Notes under the pieces: model-generated | Told to the model about the DNA's origin: nothing | What the model saw: only the letters and a program-made list of their open reading frames with translations | The model's database searches: none | Made by a program: the position numbers and the translations under genes | Origin: the human T2T-CHM13v2.0 reference genome, Homo sapiens | Assembly: GCF_009914755.1 (NCBI RefSeq) | Contig: NC_060933.1 | DNA length: 64,000 nucleotides | Reading direction: 5' to 3' (one strand) | In this document: piece after piece, positions 49,926-64,000 of the stretch | Numbering within the stretch: the stretch's first letter is position 1 | Layout of the letters: each line of letters starts with the position of its first letter

Positions 49926-51431
49926 TTTTTTTTTTAAAAAAGAAAAATAATCCAGTATTTACTTTCCCTCTCTATGTATCAAACACCTTGCTGGTTGCTG
50001 AAGATACAAAGAAAAAGGCATCTTATCTGCCCACGGGAAGTGCAGTTTAACCATGCAGAGACGTACAAATGTGCTCACAGCCAGTGGCAAAGACACAGCA
50101 CGCAGAAGGTGGTGGACACAGCAGGAGGGAGCATGCCATGGAGCAGAGGCGTGTGGGAGGCCCTCAGTCCCGGGGGTGGGGAGCTTCCAGACATACACAG
50201 TGAGCTCATGGCTTCCACTGTGGGGTGTTGGTGTTGCGCTCAGCAGGCCAGACAGCACAGGTTGGATTTTAAATGTTTGGATACTTTTAGAGCCAGCTAC
50301 TTCTGACCTTCAGGGACTTAAGAGGCTGAGCTCTGTGCCCCGTATTGAAGCCCATGGGGATGCTCTCTGGGCCTGCTACTGAAAAGGGATGTCTGTCTCT
50401 CAGTACAGTTGTGGGTTCCACTGCACTCCCCAACCTGGAAAAGCCCTAGTCAGTCTTCTAGAGAGCACACCCTCTGTGCAAGGCCTTGTGCCCCATGTTA
50501 CATGATCTCATTTAAACTTATGTCTTCCACTGTAGGAGACTGGCAATTTTACCCTTAATTTACTAACAAGGAAACTGAGGCACAGAGGGGTGACCTCATT
50601 TGCCTGAGAGGTGGAGCTGGGATTGGAACCAGTGCTCCCTCCACAGTATCACAATGACCTTTTTGGGGTCCTTCACCTTCTGACTTAACCCCTACTTTCC
50701 CTCGCTGATTGCCACTGAGACAGACCTATAGCTCCAGCTGCCCAAAGGTCACCCGCACACCACGCTCACTGTGTCCAGATCTGGACTTACTGTTACCCAC
50801 CTCATCCTGCTCTGAGTGGAGAAGATGGACTGGAGCAGCCATCCCCTGCAGACACAGCTCACTGACCAGGGAGTGCCCTGGGAGGCAGCCCTGTTCCTAC
50901 CCAAGCACGAACAGCAGGCAAGGCATCTCCAGTCAAAGGGCAGGGCCCTGTGGACTCAGTTCTGGTCAGGACACCCATGGTACTGGGCTCCTTCCATAGG
51001 TTGGCCCTGTGCTGGTCCCAACCCCATCCCATTCTGGCTCAGTCTAGGAGAGCAGGACTGCCATTTACAGACTACGTAACTCCCAGGCGTGTCATTGACT
51101 GTGCTGAGAATAGCACTTCTTGATTGTGCAGTGTGCAACCCACACAACTGTTCCCAACAGTCCTGCCAATTATTTGTTTGCTTCTCTTCTCATCAAACCA
51201 AATGGGTAGAAAAGGTTGTTATCATTGTTTTGAGTTCTGCCTGCTCCTTCCCCAGATGATAAGCAACATATTGAAACAAGGGAAGAAAACATATCCTATC
51301 TGCATACTTGCTGTTAAAAATCCACCTTAATTTATAAGTCTACTGGCTTTCCATTTTATGTTTCTATTACAGATTAGAGCAAAATTCATCCATCAAAGTG
51401 TTTGTGGCCTACATAATCCATCCCTTTGAAT

Positions 51432-52301
<870 letters not shown>

Positions 52302-52527
52302 TCACCCAGGGGCAAACCTCGGAGTCCACCCCCGGCCAGTGACCCTGCCTGCAGAGGGACTGTGATGTCCTTCATCCCTACAATGCCCGCTGGTGCCTGA
52401 GGAAGCCCCTTTGGCAGGAGGCTGGCCACAGCATGGACAAGAGAACAAGGGGCCACATTCTGGCCAGCCCTGGTGTTGTGATGGCCTGCAGCCGCCACCT
52501 TGCTGTGATTAAGAAATAGCAGATCCT

Positions 52528-52812
<285 letters not shown>

Positions 52813-53691
52813 GGAGCAGATCCGAGGAAGATGCTGCCCGGAGAGGGGAGGCCCCTCTCACCCAGGCAAGTCCCAGGGCAGAGGTGGTGGCCATCCTCTG
52901 CTGAGGCGGCAGAGCTGCCAGCAGTGGACGCAGACCAGGGAGCACGTCTGGTTCCTTTTTCTCCTACCCCTGGTTTCATTGTCCTGGGCTCCAAGATGCA
53001 GGACAGGGTGGCATGCAGAATTTGACTATGTTCTCAGACCCTAGTTCTGGTGGCTGGGGCCACCCTGCTCTGCGCCCACCACAGCCTCCACCCCACCCAG
53101 CCCCACTCTCAGGGCACAGGTGCTGCCCATAGGAGGTCACCCCTCCCTCTCCATGCCCTGCAGGACAAGTGCCTCTCAGCCTGCTGGATCCAGTGTGGGC
53201 TCTCAGGAGGCTCCTGGCACCAGCGCCGGCTGCGGCTGATGCCTGACACAGCCTGTGAGATGCCACGTTCTGCCAGCCAGGCCTGGGCTGGAGGAGCACC
53301 CTGACCACTACTCTACCCCTTCCTGTCCTCCCCTCGCTTCTCCCAGGTTAGGGGAAAGCAGGGATGTGTGCAGGTGAGGCCGACCCAGGCCTACCCCAAG
53401 GGCTTTGAGCTACACGGGCTGTCTCAGCTGATGTGAGCATGGCACTAATCAACAACACACCCCAGCAGGAGTCACTCCCTCCCCAGGCACTTTCTGTCTT
53501 TCCAATCATGCTAAGTCTTGAGTCTGAGTTTGGTGCCAGTGTGGTCTCACTGTGCTCACAGGCCCATCACTGCCTCACTGGACCAGTCAGGTCCCCCCGG
53601 CCAGCCGTGCCTGGGAGAGTGAAGGCACAACACTCTGCAATGGGATTCAGACCCCAGTTAACTATGTCCACAATTGCTAGGTGATGCTGAG

Positions 53692-54077
<386 letters not shown>

Positions 54078-55145
54078 TAAGAACAACATTGTCATTTAAA
54101 GAGAACAATCAGATAAAGGGAGCACCAGTTATGCATGAGGAAACAGCAAGAACATGAAGATGAAGGTGCAAGCGAGGTGGCACAGTGTCCGGTTCAAACC
54201 TTGTCCCGCTCAGTGACAGAGGCACATTCCTTCTGTGTGCCTCAGTTTCTCCCACTGAGAAACGAGGATACCACTAGCACTTGCGTCCTGGAGTTCTCGT
54301 GAGGCGAGGACCAGCTGATGCACATTCCTGCAGCCCCAGACCAGCCCAGGCCCCCAGCACATGCTGGTGAGTCATCTGCTAAATAAACTGAACGAATGAG
54401 GCGGGGGAGCCCTGCACCAGCACAGTGAATCCAGGCTGGCTACCACTGCCACCAGCTCGTCTTCCCTCCACCAAGCACTCGGGGCCCTGCCAGAGGTGGC
54501 CTGACAGCCGTTCCTTCAGGGGACTACGTGACCAGCGTCAGCCAGAGCTGCCCCAGCACCGAGACCCACAGCCTCAGCTTCCTTGATACTTGCTTTTCTT
54601 GTCCCTCCAATGGAGGACTCAGCTTCTATGGGAAGAAGTGATTGGCCCTGGCAGGGCTTTCCTCAGTCAGTGGAGTGAGAACGAATGAAGTGAATGAATG
54701 AAGCACCCAGGAAAGCTCTGATGCTGCTATGCGTGCTACCTTAATGCCCTTGATCTGAGCTAGGACAGTGTCTGCTGCGTGTCCTGCAAGCCACAGAGAG
54801 AGCCCTGGGCCTCCAGCAGAGGTCCACATAATCCGTCCTGTCTGAAGATGACCCCTGGGCAGAGGCCTCACCAAGAGGTGGGGACAGCAGCTGCGGCGGC
54901 CCATATGCCAAGGATACCATCCACAGTTGGAGCACATTCAGGGTCCACTTGCTTCCCTAACCAGCAGCAAAGTGAACCAGAGTCTCTTTGGCAGGAATCA
55001 GATGGCCGTGGCCACCGGGTGCGGCCTGACGTCTGGGGTGGGTGCGAGTTGGGGGCTCCCGAGGCCTGCGCCTTCTGGAGCATCCATGCAGCCCGGTGAG
55101 GGGTGAGGTGTGGGCTGGGGCTGGGGGAGGAGGCTGGTTGCTCTT

Positions 55146-55245
55146 TGTTTAATTAATTAGTTTAATTAATTAATATTAATTAGGTTAATTAGTTTGATTG
55201 ATTAATTAGTTTAATCAATTAGCTTAATATTAATTAATTAGTTAG
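55146..55245. repeat. AT-rich TAATTA/TAATTAG low-complexity array
   Basis: TTTAATTAATTAGTTTAATTAATTAATATTAATTAGG... Confidence 0.9.
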
Positions 55246-55382
55246 TTCTGTCCCTCTAGCAAACCCTGACTAATACAGATTTTCATACCAGGAGTGGTTC
55301 TAGAGGAACAGAATATTAAGGATGGGGTTATTTCGTTGGTTTTGGGGTTTCTGGAGTTGGCTGCTTAATATGACTATGCTAA

Positions 55383-55702
<320 letters not shown>

Positions 55703-55720
55703 GACCCTACTTCTAATAGT

Positions 55721-58700
55721 ATGGAGAACGCTAATAGTCCTTGGCACGAACTGTTTAGAGAATTAGGCAAAATAAATGCATTTGACACTCCTGATTCTTC
55801 ATTCATGAGAGGCAAGGAGTTTAGTGACTCTATACATAATACCTTTGACCATATGTGGAGAACCAAGGAACATAAGGAAGCTGGTTGGTTGCTCCTAAGT
55901 TCAGAGGACAAAGTGATGAAAGAAAATGATGAATTCAGGGATTCTGTCTCCCGGGTTCAGAAGCAGATACTGAGCCTCAAATCTGCTAAGATTGCCCTGA
56001 GTAAGAGTCTTATCTCTTGTAGAGAAAGAGCTGAAATTGTGGAAAAACAGATATAAACTCTTATCTTGCAAGTGGCTGACCAGCAATGAAAGACGCATGT
56101 ACAGCCTCACCAGGTGTCTCCTGTTAAAGTGAGGGCATTGATTGGAAAAGAATGGGATCCTGCAACTTGGAATGGGGACATGTGGGAGGACCCTGATGAA
56201 GCTGGGGACACTGAGTTTGTAAACTCTGATGAAACTTTTTTGCCAGAAGAAATAGCTTCCCCATCCCCAGTAGTGGCAACATCCCCTCCCCAACTCATGC
56301 TGCCATCAGCCTTTCCACCTTTGTCTGAGGAGATAAACCCTGTACAGCCTGCAGCAACAGTGATGGCCTCCCCTGAGGCAGTTTCCAGGCAAGATAATGT
56401 TGATTCTCCTCGGGAGCCACCCCCAACATCCCTGTTTGCTTCCAGACCTATAACTAGACTAAAGTCCTGGCAGGCCCCTAGAGGTGAGATTTAGAGTGTG
56501 ACCCATGAGGAGGTATGCTACACTCAAAAAGAACTGCTTGGTTTTCTAATTTATACAAACAGAAATCTGGAGAACAGGCATGGGGATGGGTATTAAGGGT
56601 GTGGGATAATAGTGGGAAGAACACAGAGTTGGATCAGGCTGAATTTGCTGATTTGGGCCCACTAAGTAGGGACTCGGTGTATTAGTCTGTTTTCATGCTG
56701 CTGATAAAGACATACACAAAACTGGGAACAAAAAGAGGTCTAATTGAACTTACAGTTCCACATGGCTAGGAAAGCCTCAGAATCATAGTGGGCAGTAGAA
56801 GGCATTTCTTACGTGGCAGCAGCAAAAGAAAAATGAGGAAGAAGCAAAAGCAGAAACCTCTGATAAACCCATCAGATTTCATGAGACTTATTCACTAACA
56901 TGAGAATAGCACAGGAAAGACTGGCCCCCATGATTCAATTACCTCCTACTGGGTCCCTCCCACAACACATGGGAATTTTGGGAGATAAACCTCAAGTTGA
57001 GATTTGGGTAGGGGCACAGCCAAACCATATCACTCCACCCCGATCCCTCCCAAATCTCATGTCCTCACATTCCAAAACCATCCATGCCTTCCCAACAGTC
57101 CCCCAAAGTCTTAACTCATTTCAGCATTAACTCAAAAGTCCACAGTCCAACATCTCATCTGAGACAAAACAAGTCCCTTCCACCTATGAGCCTGTGAAAT
57201 CAAAAGCAAGCTAGTTACTTCCTAGATACAATGGGGGTACAGGTATTGGGTAAATACAGCCATTCCAAATGGGAAAAATTGGCCAAAACAAAGGGGCTAC
57301 AGGGCCCATGCAAGTCCAAAATCCAGTGGGGCAGTCAAATTTTAAAGCTCCAAAATGATCTCCTTTGACTCCAGGCCTCACATCCAGGTCACGCTGATGC
57401 AAGAGGTGGGATCCCATGGTCTTGGGCAGCTCCGCCCCTGTGGCTTTGCAGGGTACAGTCTCCCTCCTGGCTGCTTTCATGGGCAGGCATTGAGTGTCTG
57501 CGGCTTTTCCAGATGCACAGGGCAGTGAATCTACCATTCTGGGGTCTGGAGGACGGTGGCCCTCTTCTCATAGCTCCACTAGGCAGTGCACCAGTAGGGA
57601 CTCTGTGTGGGGACTCCAACTCCACATTTCCCTTCCACACTGCCCTAGCAGAGGTTCTCCATGAGGGCTCCACCCCTGCAGCAAACTTTTGCCTGGGCAT
57701 CCACATGTTTCTATACATCTTCTAGAATCTAGGTGGAGGTTCCCAAACCTCAATTCTTGACTTTTGTGCACCTGCAGGCTCAACACTGCCAAGGAACATA
57801 ATGGAAGCTGCCAAGGCTTAGGGCTTCCATCCTCTGAACCCACAGCCTGGGCTGTACGTTGGCTCCTTTCAACAACTACTGGAGCAGCTGGGACACAGGA
57901 CACCAAGTCCCTAGGTTGCACACAGCATGGGGACCCTGGACCCATCCACAAAACCACTTTTTTATCCTGGGCCTCCACACCTGTGATGGGAGGGGCTGCC
58001 ATGAAGTTCTCTGATATGGCCTGGAGACATTTTCCCCATGGTCTTGGGAATTAACATTAGGCTCCTTGCTGCTTATGCAAATTTCTGCAGCGAGCTTGAA
58101 TTTCTCCCCCAGAAAATGGATTTTTCTTTTCTATCACATAGTCAGGCTGCAAATTTTCCAAACTTTTATGCTCTGCTTCCCTTATAAAACTGAATGCCTT
58201 TAACAACACCCAAGTCACCTCTTGAATGCTTTGCTGCTTAGAAATTTCTTCCACCAGGTACCCTAAATCATCTCTCTCAAGTTCAAAGTTCCACAAATCT
58301 CTAGGACAGGGGCAAAATGCCACCAGTCTCTTTGCTAAAACATAACAAGAGTCACCTTTGCTCCAGTTCCCAACAAGTTCCTCATCTCCATATGAGACCA
58401 CCTCAGCCTGGATTTTATTGTCCATATCGCTAACATCATTTTAGGCAAAGCCATTCAACAAGTCTCTAGGAAGTTCCAGAGTTTCCCACATTTTCCTGTC
58501 TTCTTCTGAGCCCTCCAAACTGTTCCAATCTCTGCCTATTACCCAGTTCCAAAGTCGCTTCCACATTTTTGGGTATCATTTCAGCAACACCCTGCTTCTG
58601 GTACCAATTTACTGTATTAGTCTGTTTTCACTCTGCTGGTAAAGACATACATGAAACTGGGAACAAAAAGAGGTTTAATTGAACTTACAGTTCCACATGG

Positions 58701-59586
58701 CTGGGGAGGCCTCAGAATCATGGCAGAAGGTGGAAGGCACTTCTTACATGGCAGCAGCAAGAGAAAAATGAGGAAGAAGCAAAAGCGGAAACCCCTGATA
58801 AACCCATCAGATCTTGTGAGACTTATTCACTATCATGAGAATAGCATGGGAAAGACCAGGCCCCATGATTCAATTACCTCCCACCGGGTCCCTCCCACAA
58901 CACATGGGAATTCTTAGAGATAAAATTCAAGTTGAGATTAGCGTGGGGGCACAGCCAAACCATATCACTCTGCATTTAATGTTGCAGCTTGGGGAGTTAA
59001 AAAAGGTTCTAATAGTTTATTTGCTTGGTTAGCTGAAATATGGATTAAAAGATGGCCCACTGTGAGTGAGCTAGAAATGCCTGATCTCCCTTGGTTTAAT
59101 GTAGAGGAAGGGATCCAAAGGCTTAGGGAGGTTGAGATGATGGACTGGATTAGTCACGTTAGACCTAATCATCCCAGCTATGAGGGTCCAGAAGATATAC
59201 ACTTGACTGATGCCTTGCAAAATAGATTTGTGAGGCCAGCACCTGCACCTTTGAAGAGCCCTTTAATTGCTCTTTTCTGTATGTCAGATCTAACAGTGGG
59301 AAACACAGTCACTCAACTACAAAATTTAAATACAGTGGGAATAATTGGATCCCAAGGTGGCAGGGGCCAAGTGGCGGCACTCAACCGTCAAAGGCAAGGT
59401 GGGCATAGCTACTGTAATGGACAGAAGCAGCAAAGCAGCAATCACAATAGTCTGAATCATGTAGAGCTCTGGTATTGGCTAATTAATCATGGTGTTTTTA
59501 GAGGTGAAATTGATAGAAAGCCTACTGAATTCCTACTTTATGTAAGCAGAAAACTTCTTGATCAAATTGACAAAAGACTAATTTGA
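55721..59586 (+). pseudogene. Disrupted ERV-L gag (fragments 55721-56056, 56114-56494, 59062-59586)
   Basis: In-frame stops and the THE1A insertion break the reading frame. Confidence 0.75.
56678..58967 (-). mobile_element. Full-length THE1A MaLR provirus (5' LTR 58613-58967, internal 57033-58612, 3' LTR 56678-57032)
   Basis: Two 355-bp LTRs TGATATGGTTTGGCTG...CTAATACA; internal region starts GTAAATTGGTACCAG; MaLR ORF remnant GDEELVGNWSKGDSCY; TSD CTCGG/CTCTG. Confidence 0.93.
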
Positions 59587-60051
59587 ATTATAAAAACAGA
59601 GAATCATGGCCCCTCAATCAATTCCCAGATTTGAGCCAGTTTACAGACCCAGAACCCCCTGAATGAAGGGGAGGCCAGGTCCCCTTGAGGAAGGACCCCA
59701 CTACATTGCCAACAATTTATGCTGTGAATCTTTCTCCCATCCTTCCCCAAGGAGACCTCTGGCCTTTTACCATTGCATTGGGGAAAGGGAAATTATCAGA
59801 CATTTCAGGGACTACTGGACATTGGCTCTTAGCTGATGTTGATTCCAGGGAACCCAAAATATCACTGTGGTCCTCCAGTTAAAGTAAAGGCTTATGGAGG
59901 TCAGGTAATTAATGGAGTTTTAGCTCAGGTCTGACTTACAGTGGGTTCAGTGGGTTCCCAGGCTTATCCTGTGGTCATTTTTCCAGTGCCAGTATGCATA
60001 ATTGGCAAACTAAGACATACTTAGCAGCTGGCAGAACCCCAACATTGGCTC

Positions 60052-60292
60052 CAGTTCTGAATCTTGAACTCAGTGGTGGTTACACAAATCTGCACGTGAT
60101 AAAATGGCATAGAACAACACACAGTACCAAAGCCAACCTCCTGCTTTCAATTTCGATTAACAATAGCTAATTAACCCAGCATGCCCCAATGGGGCCACGG
60201 GGGGGGGGGGGGGGGGTGAAAGGTATATGGACCTCTCTCTGTCACCTGTGCAACTTCCTGTCAATCTATATTCAAAACAAAAAGATTTTTTA
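60052..60292 (+). mobile_element. Old L1M 3' UTR fragment containing G18
   Basis: GTGGTGGTTACACAAATCT...GTATATGGACCTCTCT...GCAACTTCCTGT. Confidence 0.6.
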
Positions 60293-60432
60293 AAGGGACA
60301 AGAATAATTCCCCAAAACAAACAGTGAAACAGTGCCAATTACAGATGTAATAGTTTTGCTCATGAGTACAAATTGTTTTGTACATGAAATATTTTACTGA
60401 ATTTGAAATTTTGAAATTGAAATGTATAATTG

Positions 60433-60746
<314 letters not shown>

Positions 60747-62227
60747 TTTCTTTTAAAACTCTGCTGCTTGTTTAATTTTTATTTGTTACTAGACCATAAC
60801 AGACCAATATATGGGTTGAAGGCTTTCCCCCTTTAGAGAGTACATGATTGTACATTGAAAGGACTAATCCATTAGGCTTTTTTCTATTCCTTCTCTAATA
60901 GTATTATTTATTTAATTATTTTACTGGCATGAAGTTCAGTAAAAGTTTACCATTCCAGTTCCTTGCTTGCCATTATTATGATTATGATTGTTACTCATGT
61001 CATTTCATAATTATTATTTAAAAATTTTGCAGTGCACTGAAGGGAGGATGGGATAGAGGTCCACGTGGACTGTCAGATCTGCCAGATGCTACTGTGGGTG
61101 CAATTGTCCGTGTTAACCAGAATGATCTTCCCTGGCACCAGGGTCTGACCCTGGCTCTGCCCAGTGCCCCGCCCCTGCGCCTCTGGACCTGAGTGGTAAA
61201 AATGCAGAGGCCCACACGATCTTGAGTCATGAGGAAAAACTCACTCTGCATTTGGTTCTTAGAAGGAAACACATGTTGGAAAGCTTTATCCCCCCAAAAA
61301 GAAAACTCAACAGTCTTCATGCCGACAGGGGTAACTTTAGATGATTTGGGACACAAAACCCATGGATGCCTGGGGAGAAGCCACGTGGGCCAGAAACCAT
61401 CAGGCCTGGGCCAGTGGGAGCCCCAGGAGCAGCCCTGGGTGCAAAAGCTGGTGCTCAGCGCACAGTGTTCCCTTGGTGGGCTCAGGCTCCTTGTGTGTGA
61501 ATGGTGCCTGGCGATGCCTGCCTCCACTGCCACGATGAGCTCAGTCCCCATGGCCCTGTGTCATCATTGCCACAGATACACATTACTGGTCTCCTCCCAC
61601 ACAAGGAAAATTCAGGGCCACACAAGCCCTAGAGCCCCGAATGCCACTTTGCAGCTTTGTGGCATTAGCAAAGCTGCTTCACGGCGGAACCTCGGTTTCC
61701 CTGTCTGTGACAGGAAGGCTGGATTCAAGAGTTCTCAAGGCCCCTGCCAGCCCTGGCATTATTGGGTGAGTCACCAGCAGCACCAGCCACATTCCCTGTA
61801 AGCTCTGGGTGCTCTGACAGCCCTGGGAAGGCACCAGTAGAGATCCCCTGGCTTCCTTTTAACTGGGAATCTTATCATCCTAGGATCGATGTCCTCTAGC
61901 AAAGACCTTACTCCAGGCCCAGAATCACTGCTTTGTTCCTCAGCCTGTTATCATATTTCCTGGGCAGTGTCTTTCCCCTCCTGTGTCTGATCCTACATCC
62001 CCTGCCTAGTCAGCAGTTTATTTCTAATGGCTAGAGTATTGCTACGTGCTTTAACAAACCCGATAGCAGTTTATGTTTCATTTATGTGCTTGTCTGATAT
62101 GGATGCTGCTGATCTGTGCAGGGTTTTCACCATGCAGTGACTTAGGAATTCAGGCTGGTTCCATCTTGCAGTAAGTACCTCCATCCTCTGGGCCCTCAGA
62201 GTCCTCTATGTCTAGGAGGTAGGAGGC

Positions 62228-62617
62228 TGTGATGAGCTGAATAGTATTCCCCCAAAATTCATGACAAAGCCCTAAGTCCAAGCACCTCAGAATGAGACTA
62301 TATTTGGAGATAGGGCCTTTACAGGGTTGAATAGGATAATATGAGGCCTTTAGGGCAGGCCCCAGTGCAAAATGGCCAGTGTCCTTATCAGAAGAGGAGA
62401 TGAGGACACTTGCACAGAGGGATGACCATGTGAGGACACAGGGAGAAGATACCATCTGCAAGTCAATGAGAGAGGCCATAGGAGAAACCAACCCTGCCAA
62501 CACTTCGACCTTAGGCTCTGTCCCCCAGAACTGTGAGACAATAAATGTCTGTTGTTTAAGCTCCCCACCACTGCCAATCTGTGATACTTGTTATGGTGGC
62601 CCTAGGAAACTGGTACA
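62228..62617 (+). mobile_element. MLT1A/B-like LTR
   Basis: CCCCAAAATTCAT...TATTTGGAGATAGGGCCTTTA...AGAACTGTGAGACAATAAATGTCTGTTGTTTAAG. Confidence 0.8.
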
Positions 62618-64000
62618 GAGGGGAGAGAAAGGATGGAAAGAGCACCTCACTGCAAAAGCAAGATGCATTACTTCTCCCATTCCATTATCCATTTGTAGCC
62701 ATGCAGCCAAACGTGGATGTGAAGGGGCTGGGCAGCTGCCGCCCAGCAACCACCTCCTGCTGGGGCAGGGGAAGCCCAGTGCTGGTGGACAGCTGGCCGT
62801 CCCTACCACTGGACTTCATTCCAGGCTGAGGGGATCTCAGGTGTAACCTGCACCAGGTGAGTCAGGGGAAGACAGGAGCTGAGAATGTTCCCATCATTTC
62901 CTGTCTGCTTCTCCATGCAAATCGAGCTGCTCTGACTCACTTGTTCCAGTTGTAGAGAGGTGAGAACCATCAGAAAAAGCTAGAATAGGTGACATTCTCC
63001 AAGGAACCCAGCCCCGTTTCTTCTACAAGTCAGTGGCATGAAAAAGGTGTGCCCTGTTTTAGACTGAAAGGCCATAGAGAAATAATAGCTAAACACAATG
63101 CATGGTCCCTAACTGGAGACTGGCTTTAACAAATGCAACGAGGGAAGCTGAGCTTGAATCACTACACTGGATCTCCTTCTTCTCCACCAGGCCCACTCTC
63201 CTCCTTCCTTCTGCTCTGCGCCCTGGAGCTGACCTCTATAAAATACATCATCAGGCTCCCAGCTGAACAAATTGTATTTTTCCAAATATTCATTTCTCCT
63301 CACACTCAGAATTTACAACCCTACCTATTGCCATGAGAAAGGGTCTTACCTCTGGTCCTGCTGACAGCTGGCTGGGTTGTGTGTGTTGCTTTGGCCAGTG
63401 GGATATGAGTGTAATTGATGGGCACCACTTCCTAACAGAAGCTTTAAGACCCGAGGTGTGGGTCTTGGTGTGTCCCAGACAAGAGGACTGCCCAATCCAC
63501 AGTCAACATGGAAGCAGGGAAAGAATGAACAGATGCTGCTGGAAGCCACTGAGATGTTGGCACCATTGTTCAACCTTAGTTAGCAGAAGCCTTGTTTCCA
63601 GTGGGTTGGCTGATGGGTGCACCTGGAGGAGGGCAGCCCCTGGGAGACGGAGAGGATGGGGGTTTATTTCTCTTGCACTCGCAGGTGCTCAGGTGGATTT
63701 TGTGCCTCCACCAAAAGCCACTGCTCCAGGCAGGCGGCTGGCAGGCTCCATCCAGCTGCTTCTCTGAATTCCAGCCAACTTTTTCTCTTGCCCTGCAAGC
63801 CCATAGCTGGTGACAACTATTTCCCTAATTGTCCATCCTTGTCAATTGTCCTTTACTCTTCTCTCCCTGATGGCCTGGCTCCAGCACACCACCTGCTTCC
63901 TGCCAGGCCTTAACCAAAAGAACCAGGTAGGAGTGCTCTTCAGGTTTTACTGCTAATTTTTTAAGCTGTGATAATCGGGGTTATGTTTAAAAGTGAAGGG

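Noticed and set aside
57211-58425. ORFs in the THE1 internal region
   Set aside because: Frameshifted remnants of the MaLR ORF, not an intact gene

Overview
Human or great-ape genomic DNA (Alu, L1PA, LTR12, THE1 repeats) centred on the BarH-like homeobox gene BARX1. BARX1 is on the minus strand with four coding exons, join complement(38151..38315, 38716..38800, 38883..39174, 40910..41132): 765 nt, 254 aa, all introns GT-AG, polyA signal at 37630-37635. It lies in a cluster of CpG islands (~31.8-47.2 kb) within a ~21 kb Alu-free gap. The flanks are intergenic and rich in repeats, including a solo LTR12F and a nested ERV complex (truncated HERVL interrupted by an Alu and by a complete two-LTR THE1A provirus). 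I found no second protein-coding gene and nothing I can call a new biological system with confidence. The best leads are: the BARX1 5' leader (out-of-frame uORF, open in-frame extension, downstream Met that cuts the eh1 motif); a Thr interrupting the poly-Ala tract; a ~100-bp homeodomain-site array in place of the HERVL 5' LTR; DUX4-type motifs in THE1A LTRs oriented toward BARX1; a strong CTCF site; and several candidate enhancers. Repeat subfamilies were assigned by eye from remembered consensus sequences and need RepeatMasker/Dfam confirmation.
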